Shown here: one piece after another, positions 1 through 12,000 of the stretch | How positions within the stretch are numbered: the stretch's first letter is position 1 | Layout: each line of letters starts with the position of its first letter | Assembly (NCBI GenBank): GCA_963674595.2 | Contig: CAXXFV010000004.1 | Coordinates: 160,001-224,000 of the forward strand | DNA: 64,000 nucleotides | Direction of reading: 5' to 3' | Source of the DNA: a bacterium | GTDB lineage: Bacteria; Zhuqueibacterota; Zhuqueibacteria; Residuimicrobiales; Krinioviventaceae | Position numbers and translations under genes: made by a program | Notes under the pieces: generated by a model | What the model was told of the DNA's origin: nothing | The model's database searches: none | The model's input: only the letters and a program-made list of their open reading frames with translations

Positions 1-2
1 TT

Positions 3-137
3 TCATTAAATAAAAGTAATTCCCTTATTTGGGATGGAACGGATAGTGAAGGCAAAATTGTAAACAGCGGGCAATATTTTATCATTTTATCCAACTCTCA
101 AAATCGCTTTGTTAAAAAATGCCTTTTCATTAAATAA
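3..137 (+). CDS. 3' end of a T9SS type A sorting (FlgD-Ig-like C-terminal) domain protein, truncated by the window start
   Basis: Not in the ORF track. Frame 3 reads SLNKSNSLIWDGTDSEGKIVNSGQYFIILSNSQNRFVKKCLFIK*, the typical WDG.D..G..V.SG.Y...K.L..K sorting tail. Confidence 0.85.
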   Translation, partial: SLNKSNSLIWDGTDSEGKIVNSGQYFIILSNSQNRFVKKCLFIK

Positions 138-175
138 AGAGCCGGCTTGTAATTTATTAAAATTTTACCCAATAA

Positions 176-208
176 AAAAGGCAGTCGATGATATATCGAC
201 TGCCTTTT
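176..208. terminator. Bidirectional intrinsic terminator
   Basis: Perfect 14-bp stem AAAAGGCAGTCGAT-gatat-ATCGACTGCCTTTT between convergent genes. Confidence 0.85.
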
Positions 209-232
209 GTGTTTTGTTTATTTAAACAGATC

Positions 233-3200
233 TTATTTTACCAAAAGCATTTTAATTGTTTTATCAAAATTGTCTGCCTGAATTCTGGCAAAGTAAATAC
301 CTGCCGCTACAGTGAGTCCGTTATTATCCTTCCCATCCCATTGAACATAATGTGTACCTGCCTGGAACCTCTGATTATCGATTGTTTTGACATATCTTCC
401 AAGCGCATTAAATATGCTTATAGATACATTTTGGACCTGAGGTACGGAAAAGGAAATGGTTGTTGTCGGGTTAAAAGGATTCGGATAGTTTTGATATAGG
501 GTAAACTTTTCCGGAATCTGAGTTGTTTCAGAATTTTCCACATCTGTCGGCAGAATATCATCAATGCTGCCATCTTCAACCATAATATCGATATCTGTGG
601 TTGATGCATTTGAATAAACCTGAACACCCTGCGCCATTGGCGGAATTTCCTCACTAAAAGGCAACGGCAAATAATAAGGTAACATTGAGGTATTAAAATC
701 ATTAGGCGTTCCGTAACTTGATAGTCCGAATAAAAACTGCTGAATATCAAAATTCATAGCTGCCGGTACGTTTTTATACCAATAATCCTTAAAGACATTT
801 AAAGAAAATTCGGAAAAATCAAGACCATCGCCTAATATAGACGCCAGATCAAAACCTTCTGAAAATCCGGTTACCATGTTTAATAATGCAGAAGCCTGAA
901 TTAAAGAGGTCATGGCAACAGTGCGAATATAATAAGTTCCGGGATTAAGCCCACTGATGAGGTATTGTCCGGTTTCCGAAAGTGAAATTTCTTTCAAAAC
1001 ATCATAATCTGAAAAAGCAAAACCAACAGGATGACCGGATGCATCATAAGCCACAACCATAATCATGGAAAGAGCTGCACCAGTCTGCCGATGCGTAATA
1101 TGGCCCTGAATAGAGCCGGTTGCCTGTGTCAATGTCAGATCAATGTCCTTAACATCACCATAGTCCACCGTGACAATTTGATTTAAAGCGTCGTTAAACG
1201 TATTTCCGCCGCCATAATAAGTCGTTGCAAAGTCAGAAGGCATGGGGATGGCAGCGATTTTATAATCACCAGGCACTAGATTTGAAACCCTGTAACCGCC
1301 ATTAAACTGTACCCAATCGTAACTGGCTAGCGCGCCGGTAACTGCATCGTAAATAACAACAGGAAAACCATAAAGTGTATCAGCACCGGCATATACATCT
1401 TGTGCCTGTTTTGCCAGGCTAACAAATCCCTGAATTGTTGCACCCTGGTCCAGGGCAATATCAATACCTGTCAGCACAGGGCCGTTTAATTGTAAAACCG
1501 TTGCATTTTCAAAGGTTCTCTTGTTATTATAAAATTCCGGCAAATATTCAATCCCACCTTCGGACCCTGGTAAAGCCAATAATTTATAATCACCTGTAGG
1601 CAATGGGCCGAGAACATAATTACCGTCATCTTCAATTTGTGCCCAGGGAAGATATGGAAATCCGGATGTTGTATCCAAAGCGACGATAATCAAATCAGAA
1701 AAGGGCGCACCGTTTTGAGCAATCGTTACTTTACCGGAAATAAACCGTGCTGCATCGAGAGAAAAATTAATATTAGCGGTTTCTTCAGGAACAACAACAG
1801 ACACTTTAGTAGATTCATTAATTTTTAAAATATTATGTACACCACCATAATACTCATCAACCACGTTTTCTGCATGTTTTCCCTGTATAATCAATTCACC
1901 CCCATCCATCAAACTGGCAAGGTCCGGATTGAGAACAAAGGAAGAAATGGTTCGTAAATAATAATCACCTGTTTGTAAACCGGTAATCTCATATTCTCCA
2001 TCTGTATTGGTAACAGCAGCACCTATTTGCATATTTGCCAAAAAGGGTTCACCGGTAGAATCAGATAAAACATTATTAATTGCAACAACCATCAAAGAAT
2101 CCAATGGTTGGCCAAATTCATCCGTTACGGTTCCGGTAATTGAAGCACCCGGTTCCAGGACAAAATCGATATCTTCAGTCAACACTCCTGCATTAACAGT
2201 TACAGGCTGGGCCTCACCAATGGAATAGGCATCACTAAAATATTCACCCAAAAAGTTACCGGTTCCCAATAAACTTCCGGTATAATCGTTGGCATAAATG
2301 TAATACTCTCCTTCGGCCAAACCGTTTATTTCATAGGCGCCTAAAATTCCGAGCCCTAATCCGGCAAAAGAAGAATCCGCAACATCAAAAGCGGCAATAA
2401 CAGACAAAAATGCCGGCATGGGTACAAAACCGCCCTTGACAGAAATTTTACCGGTAACACCACCGGTCAGTTCTTCCTCCGGTATTGCAGCCATGTTAAA
2501 GTTTACGTTTGTTAAATAATCATCATAACTATTTATGGAAATAACATCAGCCGCTTCCCAGGTTTGCTGCTGGGTATGCCATGACAAATTATATCCTTCA
2601 GCATAGGCCACCGCTTTAAAATCACCCAAAACAGGAACACCAACACTGTCATATTTTCCATTTTCAAGATCTACAATTTCCTCATAAAGAGGGATGGGCT
2701 GATCAGCCCGAAATAAAACGATGGTTGCATAATTATTATCAACAGGTGTAACGCCATCCTCATTAAAAATCGTTCCGGCAATAAACGCACCTGTTTCCAA
2801 ATCAAAATTTACATTTGCCTGGTTTGTAACAACTTTTTGGGCCTGTCGCCAGGTTTCCAGAGAAGACAGGGGGGCTTTAACATCATCATACAATTCATCA
2901 ATATAGTGACGACTCAGAGTCAGCACATAAAAAGAATCACCGGATGTTGTTTCTATCTCATAACTTCCATCCTGATTGGAGACGGTATCTATACCGGCAA
3001 AATAACCATGATCATCAAAAGCCAGCATGATAACAGGGCTATCCGGCACATTCCCTTCAACGGTTACAGTCCCGCTAATTGTACCGACATCGAATGTTAT
3101 ATTTTGTTCATACTCATTAGCTAATGCTAAAGCAGACACATCCTGTTGCTGTAATTGTTTTAAAAAAGTCGGAACCAATACATCGGGACGACTGTGAAGT

Positions 3201-3454
3201 GTGATTTCCTTTTTTATTTTATCTGTTGTTGATTGAACCTTGAGGTTTTCTATCAACTTTTGTTCAACTTGCGATATTTCCTTAATGTGATTCTTTGTTT
3301 TTGCGAGTTCGTTTGTTGTTTGTGCTTTTGAAATTTGCTGAGAAACGAGTAAATATCTTTGCATCTTAACTTCACCGTCTTTGGGAAATACTGTGGAAAT
3401 AAAAACAAATAATATTCCACAATAAACACCAAAATATTTTAACAATCTTGACAT
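233..3454 (-). CDS. Secreted T9SS-CTD protein with about 7 tandem carboxypeptidase-regulatory-like (beta-sandwich) modules
   Basis: N-terminal signal peptide; repeating G.I.G.V...G.Y.I..L..G.Y...EYY...A..V...IDF.L modules; C-terminal LYQNYPNPFNPTTTI...WDGKD...AGIYF...KMLLVK. Confidence 0.85.
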   Translation of the reverse strand: MSRLLKYFGVYCGILFVFISTVFPKDGEVKMQRYLLVSQQISKAQTTNELAKTKNHIKEISQVEQKLIENLKVQSTTDKIKKEITLHSRPDVLVPTFLKQLQQQDVSALALANEYEQNITFDVGTISGTVTVEGNVPDSPVIMLAFDDHGYFAGIDTVSNQDGSYEIETTSGDSFYVLTLSRHYIDELYDDVKAPLSSLETWRQAQKVVTNQANVNFDLETGAFIAGTIFNEDGVTPVDNNYATIVLFRADQPIPLYEEIVDLENGKYDSVGVPVLGDFKAVAYAEGYNLSWHTQQQTWEAADVISINSYDDYLTNVNFNMAAIPEEELTGGVTGKISVKGGFVPMPAFLSVIAAFDVADSSFAGLGLGILGAYEINGLAEGEYYIYANDYTGSLLGTGNFLGEYFSDAYSIGEAQPVTVNAGVLTEDIDFVLEPGASITGTVTDEFGQPLDSLMVVAINNVLSDSTGEPFLANMQIGAAVTNTDGEYEITGLQTGDYYLRTISSFVLNPDLASLMDGGELIIQGKHAENVVDEYYGGVHNILKINESTKVSVVVPEETANINFSLDAARFISGKVTIAQNGAPFSDLIIVALDTTSGFPYLPWAQIEDDGNYVLGPLPTGDYKLLALPGSEGGIEYLPEFYNNKRTFENATVLQLNGPVLTGIDIALDQGATIQGFVSLAKQAQDVYAGADTLYGFPVVIYDAVTGALASYDWVQFNGGYRVSNLVPGDYKIAAIPMPSDFATTYYGGGNTFNDALNQIVTVDYGDVKDIDLTLTQATGSIQGHITHRQTGAALSMIMVVAYDASGHPVGFAFSDYDVLKEISLSETGQYLISGLNPGTYYIRTVAMTSLIQASALLNMVTGFSEGFDLASILGDGLDFSEFSLNVFKDYWYKNVPAAMNFDIQQFLFGLSSYGTPNDFNTSMLPYYLPLPFSEEIPPMAQGVQVYSNASTTDIDIMVEDGSIDDILPTDVENSETTQIPEKFTLYQNYPNPFNPTTTISFSVPQVQNVSISIFNALGRYVKTIDNQRFQAGTHYVQWDGKDNNGLTVAAGIYFARIQADNFDKTIKMLLVK

Positions 3455-3600
3455 TTTATACTCCTTGGCTTTATAAAAATAATTATTAAAATCCTTATCA
3501 CGTTACAAACATGTATAAAAAATTAAATATTTCGCAATATAATTTTTAAACATGCTAAATTTAAAAGAAATGGAGCTATACCATTTGATACAAATCACAA

Positions 3601-4275
3601 CTATTTTAAAAACTGTAATTGTTTTGTTGAATTGATCACAAAATCATCGGATTTTAGAGAAAAATCCTTGTCACCAAAACCTAATACGTCAATTAAGACA
3701 TTAAACAGTTTTCCCCTTCTCACATGTTTTGGTTTTCCCTGCAAATCAGGAGAAGAACGTCCTTCAAGCCAATCTTTTAATTCGTGATAAGTTTCAGCAG
3801 AAACAGGTTGGTAAGATATTTCAATGCTGATATAATATTTCGCACCGATCTCCAACTCTGACAAGCTCAAAACCGGAAAATCAATTCGTTGCGAACAAAG
3901 CTTCTGGACCGAAAGCACGTCGCCGGTCAGGCGCCGTTCCGTTTCTGTAATAACTGTAAATTTGTCTTCCCAATTGTCATAATAAATTTTTACAGGTATT
4001 ACATACTCTTTTACTATGCCGCTGAAAATGGCTTTTTTCTTCCAAAGACGAATATGATGGATAATTTCTGAAGTAAACCCTCTTTCAAGTCCCTGCACGG
4101 TTTTTTTATTCATTAAACCGTCAATATGATACCCCAGGACCAACTGCTTTTCATGAATAACCAGGCTATCCAAAACAATTTTACGCTCAACAGCAAACAA
4201 AGAGTGCCCATAAAAAAGCACGAGTAAAAAGAAGGCTTTAAAAAGGCACTTTTTCATATATATTCTTTTTTTCAA
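3601..4275 (-). CDS. DUF4390-family exported protein
   Basis: Signal peptide; GLERGFTSEI...I.YDNWE pattern resembling DUF4390; 4-nt overlap with prmA. The true start may be the second Met (MKKCLF). Confidence 0.6.
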   Translation of the reverse strand: MKKRIYMKKCLFKAFFLLVLFYGHSLFAVERKIVLDSLVIHEKQLVLGYHIDGLMNKKTVQGLERGFTSEIIHHIRLWKKKAIFSGIVKEYVIPVKIYYDNWEDKFTVITETERRLTGDVLSVQKLCSQRIDFPVLSLSELEIGAKYYISIEISYQPVSAETYHELKDWLEGRSSPDLQGKPKHVRRGKLFNVLIDVLGFGDKDFSLKSDDFVINSTKQLQFLK

Positions 4276-5150
4276 GTACTTTTATAAGCGGAAAATGCAA
4301 CCCATTCATCTTCAGCCAAAACTTCATTAATCACCAGTTTATTGTCTTGTAAAGCATGTTTAATTAAATGCTCTTCGGTTTTTAATATTCCGGATAGTAA
4401 AAGGATATTCTGATAATCTAACATTTTTGATAATAATGGCAAGATATTTAATATAACAGTTCTGTTAACATTTGCCATAATCAAATCAAAAGGAGATTTA
4501 TTTATCGCATCAAGGGTTCCGGTAAAAAATTCTATTGAAACAGGAACATGATTCAATTTTGAATTTTTTCTGGCAGTTTCAGAAGCAATCGGATCAATAT
4601 CAAAAGCCGTAATTTTTTTTGCGCCGATTAAAGCCGCAGCAATAGCCAAAATTCCTGTTCCCGTACCGACATCCAGAATATTTTCGTTTTTATCAATATA
4701 TTTTTCAAGCAGTTGCAATGTCAGCCGGGTGGTTGCATGGGTTCCCGTTCCAAAAGCCATCTCCGGATCAATTTCGATGACAACAGGCGGTGCATCATCA
4801 GGTGTTTCCAACCAGCTTGGGCGGATCATTAGTTTATCTGAAACTCGCAAGGGTTTGTAATTCTTTTTCCATTCAGAGTTCCAGTCTATATCGCGAATAA
4901 GATTTATTTCAATTTTTGGAAACGATTCCTCTCCGGTCTCCACAAACAGGTGATTTAGAGAGGTTTTTATTTTATTTTTTAACTCATCCGTGGAAATTTC
5001 AACAGGTATATAACCTGTAATTAAATCATTCTCTTCGATGATACCGTTTGCATTTAACCCGAAAAGAACATCACTGATAATTTCCGAGGTTTCCATATTT
5101 GCCTGAATTTTTATTTCATACCACTCTTTATTTGGAACGTATGTATTCAT
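4272..5150 (-). CDS. prmA: Ribosomal protein L11 methyltransferase
   Basis: DW..EWKK, IDPEMAFGTGTHATT, LDVGTGTGILAI, DIDP and LLLSGIL motifs. Confidence 0.95.
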   Translation of the reverse strand: MNTYVPNKEWYEIKIQANMETSEIISDVLFGLNANGIIEENDLITGYIPVEISTDELKNKIKTSLNHLFVETGEESFPKIEINLIRDIDWNSEWKKNYKPLRVSDKLMIRPSWLETPDDAPPVVIEIDPEMAFGTGTHATTRLTLQLLEKYIDKNENILDVGTGTGILAIAAALIGAKKITAFDIDPIASETARKNSKLNHVPVSIEFFTGTLDAINKSPFDLIMANVNRTVILNILPLLSKMLDYQNILLLSGILKTEEHLIKHALQDNKLVINEVLAEDEWVAFSAYKST

Positions 5151-6073
5151 TAAAGGCCCTCATAAATTAAAGACACAATCAAATCACCCACTTTTTGCAG
5201 ACTTTTATCGGAGCATTTATCCGGTGTATCCTCAACAGTATGCCAATATTTGTAATCAAAATCTATCAAATCAATACAGGGTATCCCTGCTTCCAACAAA
5301 GGAATATGATCGTCAAATATGGCATATCCGGTTTCCGGTACAAACTCGATTATTCCCAAATCCTGGGCACGCTTCCAAACCTGGTCTACAATCGTTGGAG
5401 CATATTGTTGTGAATACGCTTCTTTATAAACAGACAAATCTTTATCCCCTATCATGTCCAGCAGAATACCAAAATATGGAGGCGTTATTAAATTCATTTG
5501 CGCGGCAAAAGCCGCCGAACCCTGTGCATAACTGCGATTTTTATCGTGCTGTCCGGCATCTTCGCCGTCAAAAAGGACAATATCAATACCAACAGGTGGT
5601 ATATTTTGGTGAAGGATATGGGCAATTTCCAGTAAAACAGCAACACCGGAAGCACCATCATTGGCGCCTGCAATTGGTGTGTTTTTATTGGCAGGATTCG
5701 GGTCCATATCGGCCCAGGGCCTTGTATCCCAATGAGCACATAATAAAACACGTTGTTTGTTTTGGGGATTAAAAGCGGCAATGATGTTATTTGCAGATAC
5801 GGTTTGTGCAGGGCTTCCAAAAGTCAATAAAAAGGATTGTGTTTTTACATCAGCGCCAAAATCCTGTAATGTTGAACACAAATAATCCAAACACTTTTTA
5901 TGGCCTTCAGAACCCGGATTCCGGGGGCCAAAGTCACATTGCTTTTTTAAATATTGAAAAGCCTGTTGACCATTAAACTTTGGAGTTTGACAAAAAGAAT
6001 TATTAACGCTTGTTAAAAAAAACAGGGAGATAAATAATAAAAATTTGACTTTAAATGACAAAAAAAAATCCAT
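5150..6073 (-). CDS. M28-family zinc enzyme of the glutaminyl-peptide cyclotransferase (glutaminyl cyclase) type
   Basis: AHWDTRPWAD, GANDGASGVAVLLE, FDGED, LLDMIG, DDHIP and WHT..D motifs; N-terminal export signal. Confidence 0.8.
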   Translation of the reverse strand: MDFFLSFKVKFLLFISLFFLTSVNNSFCQTPKFNGQQAFQYLKKQCDFGPRNPGSEGHKKCLDYLCSTLQDFGADVKTQSFLLTFGSPAQTVSANNIIAAFNPQNKQRVLLCAHWDTRPWADMDPNPANKNTPIAGANDGASGVAVLLEIAHILHQNIPPVGIDIVLFDGEDAGQHDKNRSYAQGSAAFAAQMNLITPPYFGILLDMIGDKDLSVYKEAYSQQYAPTIVDQVWKRAQDLGIIEFVPETGYAIFDDHIPLLEAGIPCIDLIDFDYKYWHTVEDTPDKCSDKSLQKVGDLIVSLIYEGL

Positions 6074-6097
6074 AAGATTTTACCTTATATTGGAAAA

Positions 6098-9000
6098 TTA
6101 GTTACCCCGGATAGCAATATTAACATCAATACCTAACTCTTTATAGGAAGAGTCTCCAACCAATTTGTTACTGGTTTTTCCGATTTCAAAATAAGCCCCA
6201 CCTTTAACACGATCACTAAAGCTATAACTCATATTAGGTTTCAAGAACCATTTACTTGTTTCACTGGTAACAACAAAATCTTCATCTTTTCTGTTTTTAT
6301 AGGTTATATTATCACCCATATTAAAAGTCAATGAAATATCAACACTGTTTTTTAATCGTTTGTTAAAAAATGGTAGCGGAATTCTGAAATTACCACGTTT
6401 GGTGTATCGGGCGGATATTGACAGATCTGTACTTGTGTTTTTCTGTCCACCGGAACCACCTTTTAAAGTATAAGTCGTTCTTTCTGTACTATTATATTTA
6501 ACAGCCATGGAGATACCATTCTTCCATGAAAATGTCAAACCAATTAATGGCCGAAAACTTATATCAGTCGCCTCTTTTGTCGGTGTTTTAACTCCGGCAT
6601 CTACATCATAATTTCCAGAAATCTTGCCTGAATAATTATGATCAAAAGAAACCCGGCTCATATATTTATTCAGAAAGGGTAACTTTTCCATTCCACTGAC
6701 ACGTACCGTCCAGTCAGGAAACGGCATGCTGACATCTTCACCAAATTTCAACCAACTTTCACTTGTTTGTCCGCTGGTCGTGGTTGAACTTGAGTTTTCG
6801 GATGCACTGTTATCATATTTTAAACTTAGTTTTACATTACGACTCAAACTAAAGCCTGAAGAGACCTGCAAACTGGTGCTTTGGCTTTCGGAATTTTTTT
6901 TACCCGATGTGTTTCCTTCATAAATTTCCGAAGGAACACCTGTATCTTTACTAAAACCGAATTGAAAAGCTGTTGTCGGAACGCCTGCCAAATCGTAAGC
7001 ACTCATTTGAGTTCGTTCGGAATAACTAATGCTAAAAGGATCAAATATATTAAAAAATCCGGAAAAAATTCCTAATACAGAAAATCCTCCTCCGGAATTA
7101 TTATCAGTCTGTTGTGACTGTTTTGATTTAGCGCCAGGCGCTTGTCTTCTTGAAGTGGAACGTCTTTGTCCTCCACGTGAAGGACGATAAATTGAACTAA
7201 ACAAAGTCCCAAGTTTAACCGAACCCGAAGCCATATAATTAATACTTTGGGTTGCGCTTCGAGGCCTTACGGATTGCTGCCGGTTAAAATTAAACTTGTA
7301 AGTGGTGCTATATGAAAAATTACTGGTCATCCAGGAAAACAGTTGCGGCCTGTATTTTACGCCAAAATTTTGATCGACACTGGTCAACAGACCCATTTTA
7401 AATTGTTTTAACTGTTCTTTTAAAGTATCTGTATCAACATCTCGTAAATCATTGACATAAGAACGACTGATATCAACCTGGACACTTTCCGTTACATCCA
7501 TTGTGCCACTGACATTTCTACTAACATTAAAGCTGCTGTTTTCTGTTTCAATTCCGGATCGTAATAATGTGTTGTTCTTAGATCGGGTACCGCTAATTTT
7601 TGTGTTGATTGTTCTGGGCGTATAATAAAGTTTCATTTCTGCAATTCGTGTTACAAGTCTTCCTTTTCCAAGCCAACTGAACGGACGAATATAGTTATTA
7701 TTACTAAAATTAACACCCCAATTCATACTACCGGATTCATTTTTCGTATCTGCGGCTTTTGTTGTGGAACTACGGCTGTGACCAAGATTTTGACTATAAT
7801 TGGCGCTAAATTTTGATAACAGATGTTTTACAACAAAGTTCTGAGATCGGGAATTAATTCGAAATGAAACACTCATTCCTCGTTGTTCACTTATAGTTTG
7901 TGTTTTTTCAATAGTAGAATCCGGCAATGAATCTGAAATCTGCACATCCGTACCCGGAATATATTTTGGTGTTGATTCACTTCGTGAATAATTAATACTT
8001 ACCGGTAATGCAATCCCCAGTTGTGACGGTAAAAATTTATCCACATTAAAACTGGTAGTAAACCGACCACTTAATTTATTATTACCATCACCAAATCGTG
8101 TTTGTATATCATGAAAATCTGCATCTTTTTTTTCCATTTCGCCACTAAAGCGCGCCAGGTCAGCCAAGGAAAAATCCATCTTGGCCCTATAGGCCATACC
8201 TTTGTCTTTTTTTACATTTGACAATCGAAGTTCATTAACCCATACTTGACCGACAAAAGGCATCAAATCATTGGCCTTATCTCCCAATTCGTCCTGACCA
8301 AGGTTTTTAACACCCATAACCAGTTGACGGATGTTTCTTAACGCGGGGTTACCCTTTACAGTAATAAAATGCCCGTCTATTGTATCGACACGAACAGTAA
8401 CCGTAGAGTTTTCATCTTCTACCAGGGTGCCTGTATATTTAACTTGTGATAATTTAACCAAATCAATTTCAATATTGTTCTTTGTCCAGCCGGGAAACAC
8501 AGGCCGCCGGATTTCATAATAATTGTTTTTATCTGCACCTAATCGTAGAAAAAACTCTATTCGTGTCGAATCATTTGTAATGTGCTGTCCAAAATCATCC
8601 TTACCATAGACAAACATCTTTAGGGTATTATAATTAATATAGTCTTGTGCTTCATAAAAGGTCTTAATTATCGTACCGTTATATCCGGGATTCAGATTGT
8701 TTACCTTTATAACCAGAGATTGTTCCCGCTGCTGAACCTGAGTTACACGGTCTACAACACCTTGCACACCGGGAGGCGCCAAACCGGCAGCATATTCCGG
8801 ATTATCATGTGTGTTGATAACTGTTACGGCAATAACAGAATCCTGAGTTATTTCATATTCTTCAGGAAATTCCGGGGAAGCAATTCCCATCTCTTTCCAT
8901 TCACTACCGACAAGGTTAACTTCTGCAATTTGAATGGTATAATAGCTATTTCGGTCTATTTTTTCAAAACCATCCATCCAGATACGAATATATTCAATCT

Positions 9001-12000
9001 GGGAAAAGTTGGGAGAACCAATAACAGTTTTAGTTGGTTCAGGTGCGTTTAAAGGGATTCGATATTGACGCCAGCCGTAACTACCAGAACTACCGGAAAT
9101 AAACGCCGTATCCGGGTGGTCCGAACGTAATGAAAAAGTATATTCAAAATAATCATTCCGAAGATCAACATCGCCGTTACCGTTCAAATCTTCCGTATCA
9201 GGAATTCGACCACCGGCATCATCGGCATTTCCCTCTGTTCCATTAACATTTAAAAAGTTATAGTTCCTGTTTTGTTCCTGGCTGTAACTGTAATCATCGT
9301 TACTAAAGGGTTCACCATAATCCCTTTTCTCGTTTCTATTTATGTCCCAAAAATCGCCGCCATACTTTTGTGCAATCGGACTGTTGTTGGCCATACCATC
9401 AAGGCCTACATCTTCACCGTCATCTAAAATACTGTTTCGTATAGAATTGACTTCTTTATCTTCAGTGTCATATTCTCCATTGGGAATAACGTCTTCAGAA
9501 ATTTGGCCCATATCAATATGCAACGTTCCTGTTGTATGGCGTTGGCTTTCCGGAATTTTAACCCAAACTTCAAGATACTTGGCTTCAGTTTGATCGCTGT
9601 ACCCCGATGATAGTGCTTTTTGAATTCCGTTCCATGATGACCGCACATCATCCACCGTATCCGCAGGAGTAAATTGCAACATTAAAGTTGCAACAGACTT
9701 GGCAACATCTCCGCTAATATCACGTTCCGGCCAAATTTCTTTCATAGATGTTTGTACAACTGGATTATCATATATCAGCTTTCCACGGTGTTCAAGTGTT
9801 ATATCATTTTTACCTTCGTATAACTCACTTTTTGGATAAGACGAATAACTCCAGCTTCTTCGGGTAATAGGAATAGGTGTAACCTGTTTGGATGCTTCAA
9901 AATCGTCAATATAGGCAACACCATCATTATCACCGGTTGATTCATTGTTCCTGGTATTTGGATTCGGTAAAATTTGAGCAACTTCACCTTCAAAGTTAAT
10001 TTTTGATTCTGCTCGGGTATCCACAAACGGTAAATAATTTGCCGCCTTTGTCAGAAAAAAAGGTGTAAACGTCAACTTTGAACTCAAGTCCCAAATCATG
10101 TTACGCATGGGTCCTTTGCCAACACGCACTTTTTGGTCCAGGGTACGTTCATTTAAATAAGTAAAAACACCTGAAATATAGCTGTCATCCCACAAATTAT
10201 ATTTTGCATAAGCTCCCATCATGGTCTTTTTGTCAATTTGAAACAATTGATTGCTTTCATAAGAAATTTCGATCTGTGCATTTGCCGCTGTGGCGTCTGC
10301 AGTCAATAATCGAAGCGTTCCAGTGAAATAATCAATCGTATAATCTGTTCCCCGGTTTAAAGTTCTGCCGTTTAAAAGGACTTCTTCAGAATTTTCGATA
10401 ACATTCATACCCAGACGATATTCCGAACTACGGGTTTTAGAGGTATATTGAATATAAAACTGGCTTGCTTCATTAATAACAGTCTGCACAGTGGTGTCGT
10501 ACAACGCCGAAGCCCAATTATCTTCCGGTAAAAGTTTCTTAACTTCTTCCAACTGCGGATTAAAAGGCGTGAGATCCGGAAAATACAACTCACCGAGAGC
10601 AAAATTAATAATATTTTGATTATCATCAATAATATTGTCCGGAGTCTTAATTCCAGCCTCATTCACCCTGTCTAATCCAAATACCTGTAACCATGTTTTC
10701 TTGCCTTCAGGTGTATCTATTGTTTCAATTGGATCTCCCGAGGCAGGTTTATATAATATTTTTAAATCAAATCCGTCTCTCGGAATATTAGAGGCGCCCA
10801 GACTATACACATTTTTCCATTCAAGATACCACGACCTGTTGGAAGGCTGTGGATTTTTGCCCTTAATCATCCTGAGAACAATATTTTCATCTGTTTCAGG
10901 GTCAAAATAAACATCACCCATTTCATGGCCCGAAGTATCGCGAAAAGCGACAGCCAAAACTTCTTCAGAGTTAAGGGGGGATTTTAGCCGAACATAACCC
11001 ATTTGTTCATCAAAAACATAATCTTCTTTTTCTAAACGTATGAAATATCCACTATAGTGGTTGGCATCTTCATCATCGTTCTGTTCAAGTCGAATCGTGG
11101 CCCAATCTTGCTGATCAGCAGTTGGAGCAATAGCAAAACCTTTTACAGATTCAGCATACATTGTATTATAATTTCTGCCTGATTTATAAAATTCAAATTT
11201 TGAAAGAACTTTGGAAGGATCATAAGTCGGATTACCACTTGCATCTTTGTTTAAAAAATTAAGACGATAATAATCATCAATAAAGAAATAAACATTTCTC
11301 AGGTAATTATAATCTTCAATTCTTTTTTCACTTTCTGATGCACCACCGCTAAGTGACAATTTCTTTTTTTCACCCTTTTCCTGGCTGGCAATTGCCTGCA
11401 ACTCTAAATTACCGATCTCGGCTGTCACTTTAATACCAAATAACCCCTGGCTTGATCCTCCGACAAAACGCGTTCCCGATAATGAAAGACTGGTATTACC
11501 CGCTTCAATAGACTTGATAATCTCATCAGGATGGCCTTTATAATTCAAGTGGAGATTGTTTTCAAATTCAAAGGCTCGTTCCGAATCCTGATCCACACCG
11601 ATTGTAACTTTATCACCAATTTTTCCGTCAACACGGAATCTTTGGGTTTGTTCCATTTTAAAACTGTTGTCGGAACCGCTGTTATAGGTTGTTTTTACCT
11701 GGCTTTGTTTCTCATTACGAAATCCCCCTTTAATTGTAATATCACCAGAAACATCCAGGGCAACCGTTCCGGTTCCGAAAACTTTTTGAAAAGCTTTATT
11801 TTTAATTTCGACGGGAATTTCCAAACGGATAGCACTACCGGCCCCGGACCGGCCTGTTTCTACACCAATGCCACTGACAACAGACTTTCGCCACATTTCG
11901 TTCAGATTATTTTGTCTTCTTTTTTCCACATAATCAGAAAGTTTTAAAAATGTAGGTTGTCGAAAATCAAAATCTCCGAGTTTTTCCGTCAAATTAACAT

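Noticed and set aside
188-499. Short ORFs antisense or out of frame to long genes (this one and most 60-180 aa entries in the track)
   Set aside because: They are shadow ORFs within well-supported genes, with no recognisable motifs.
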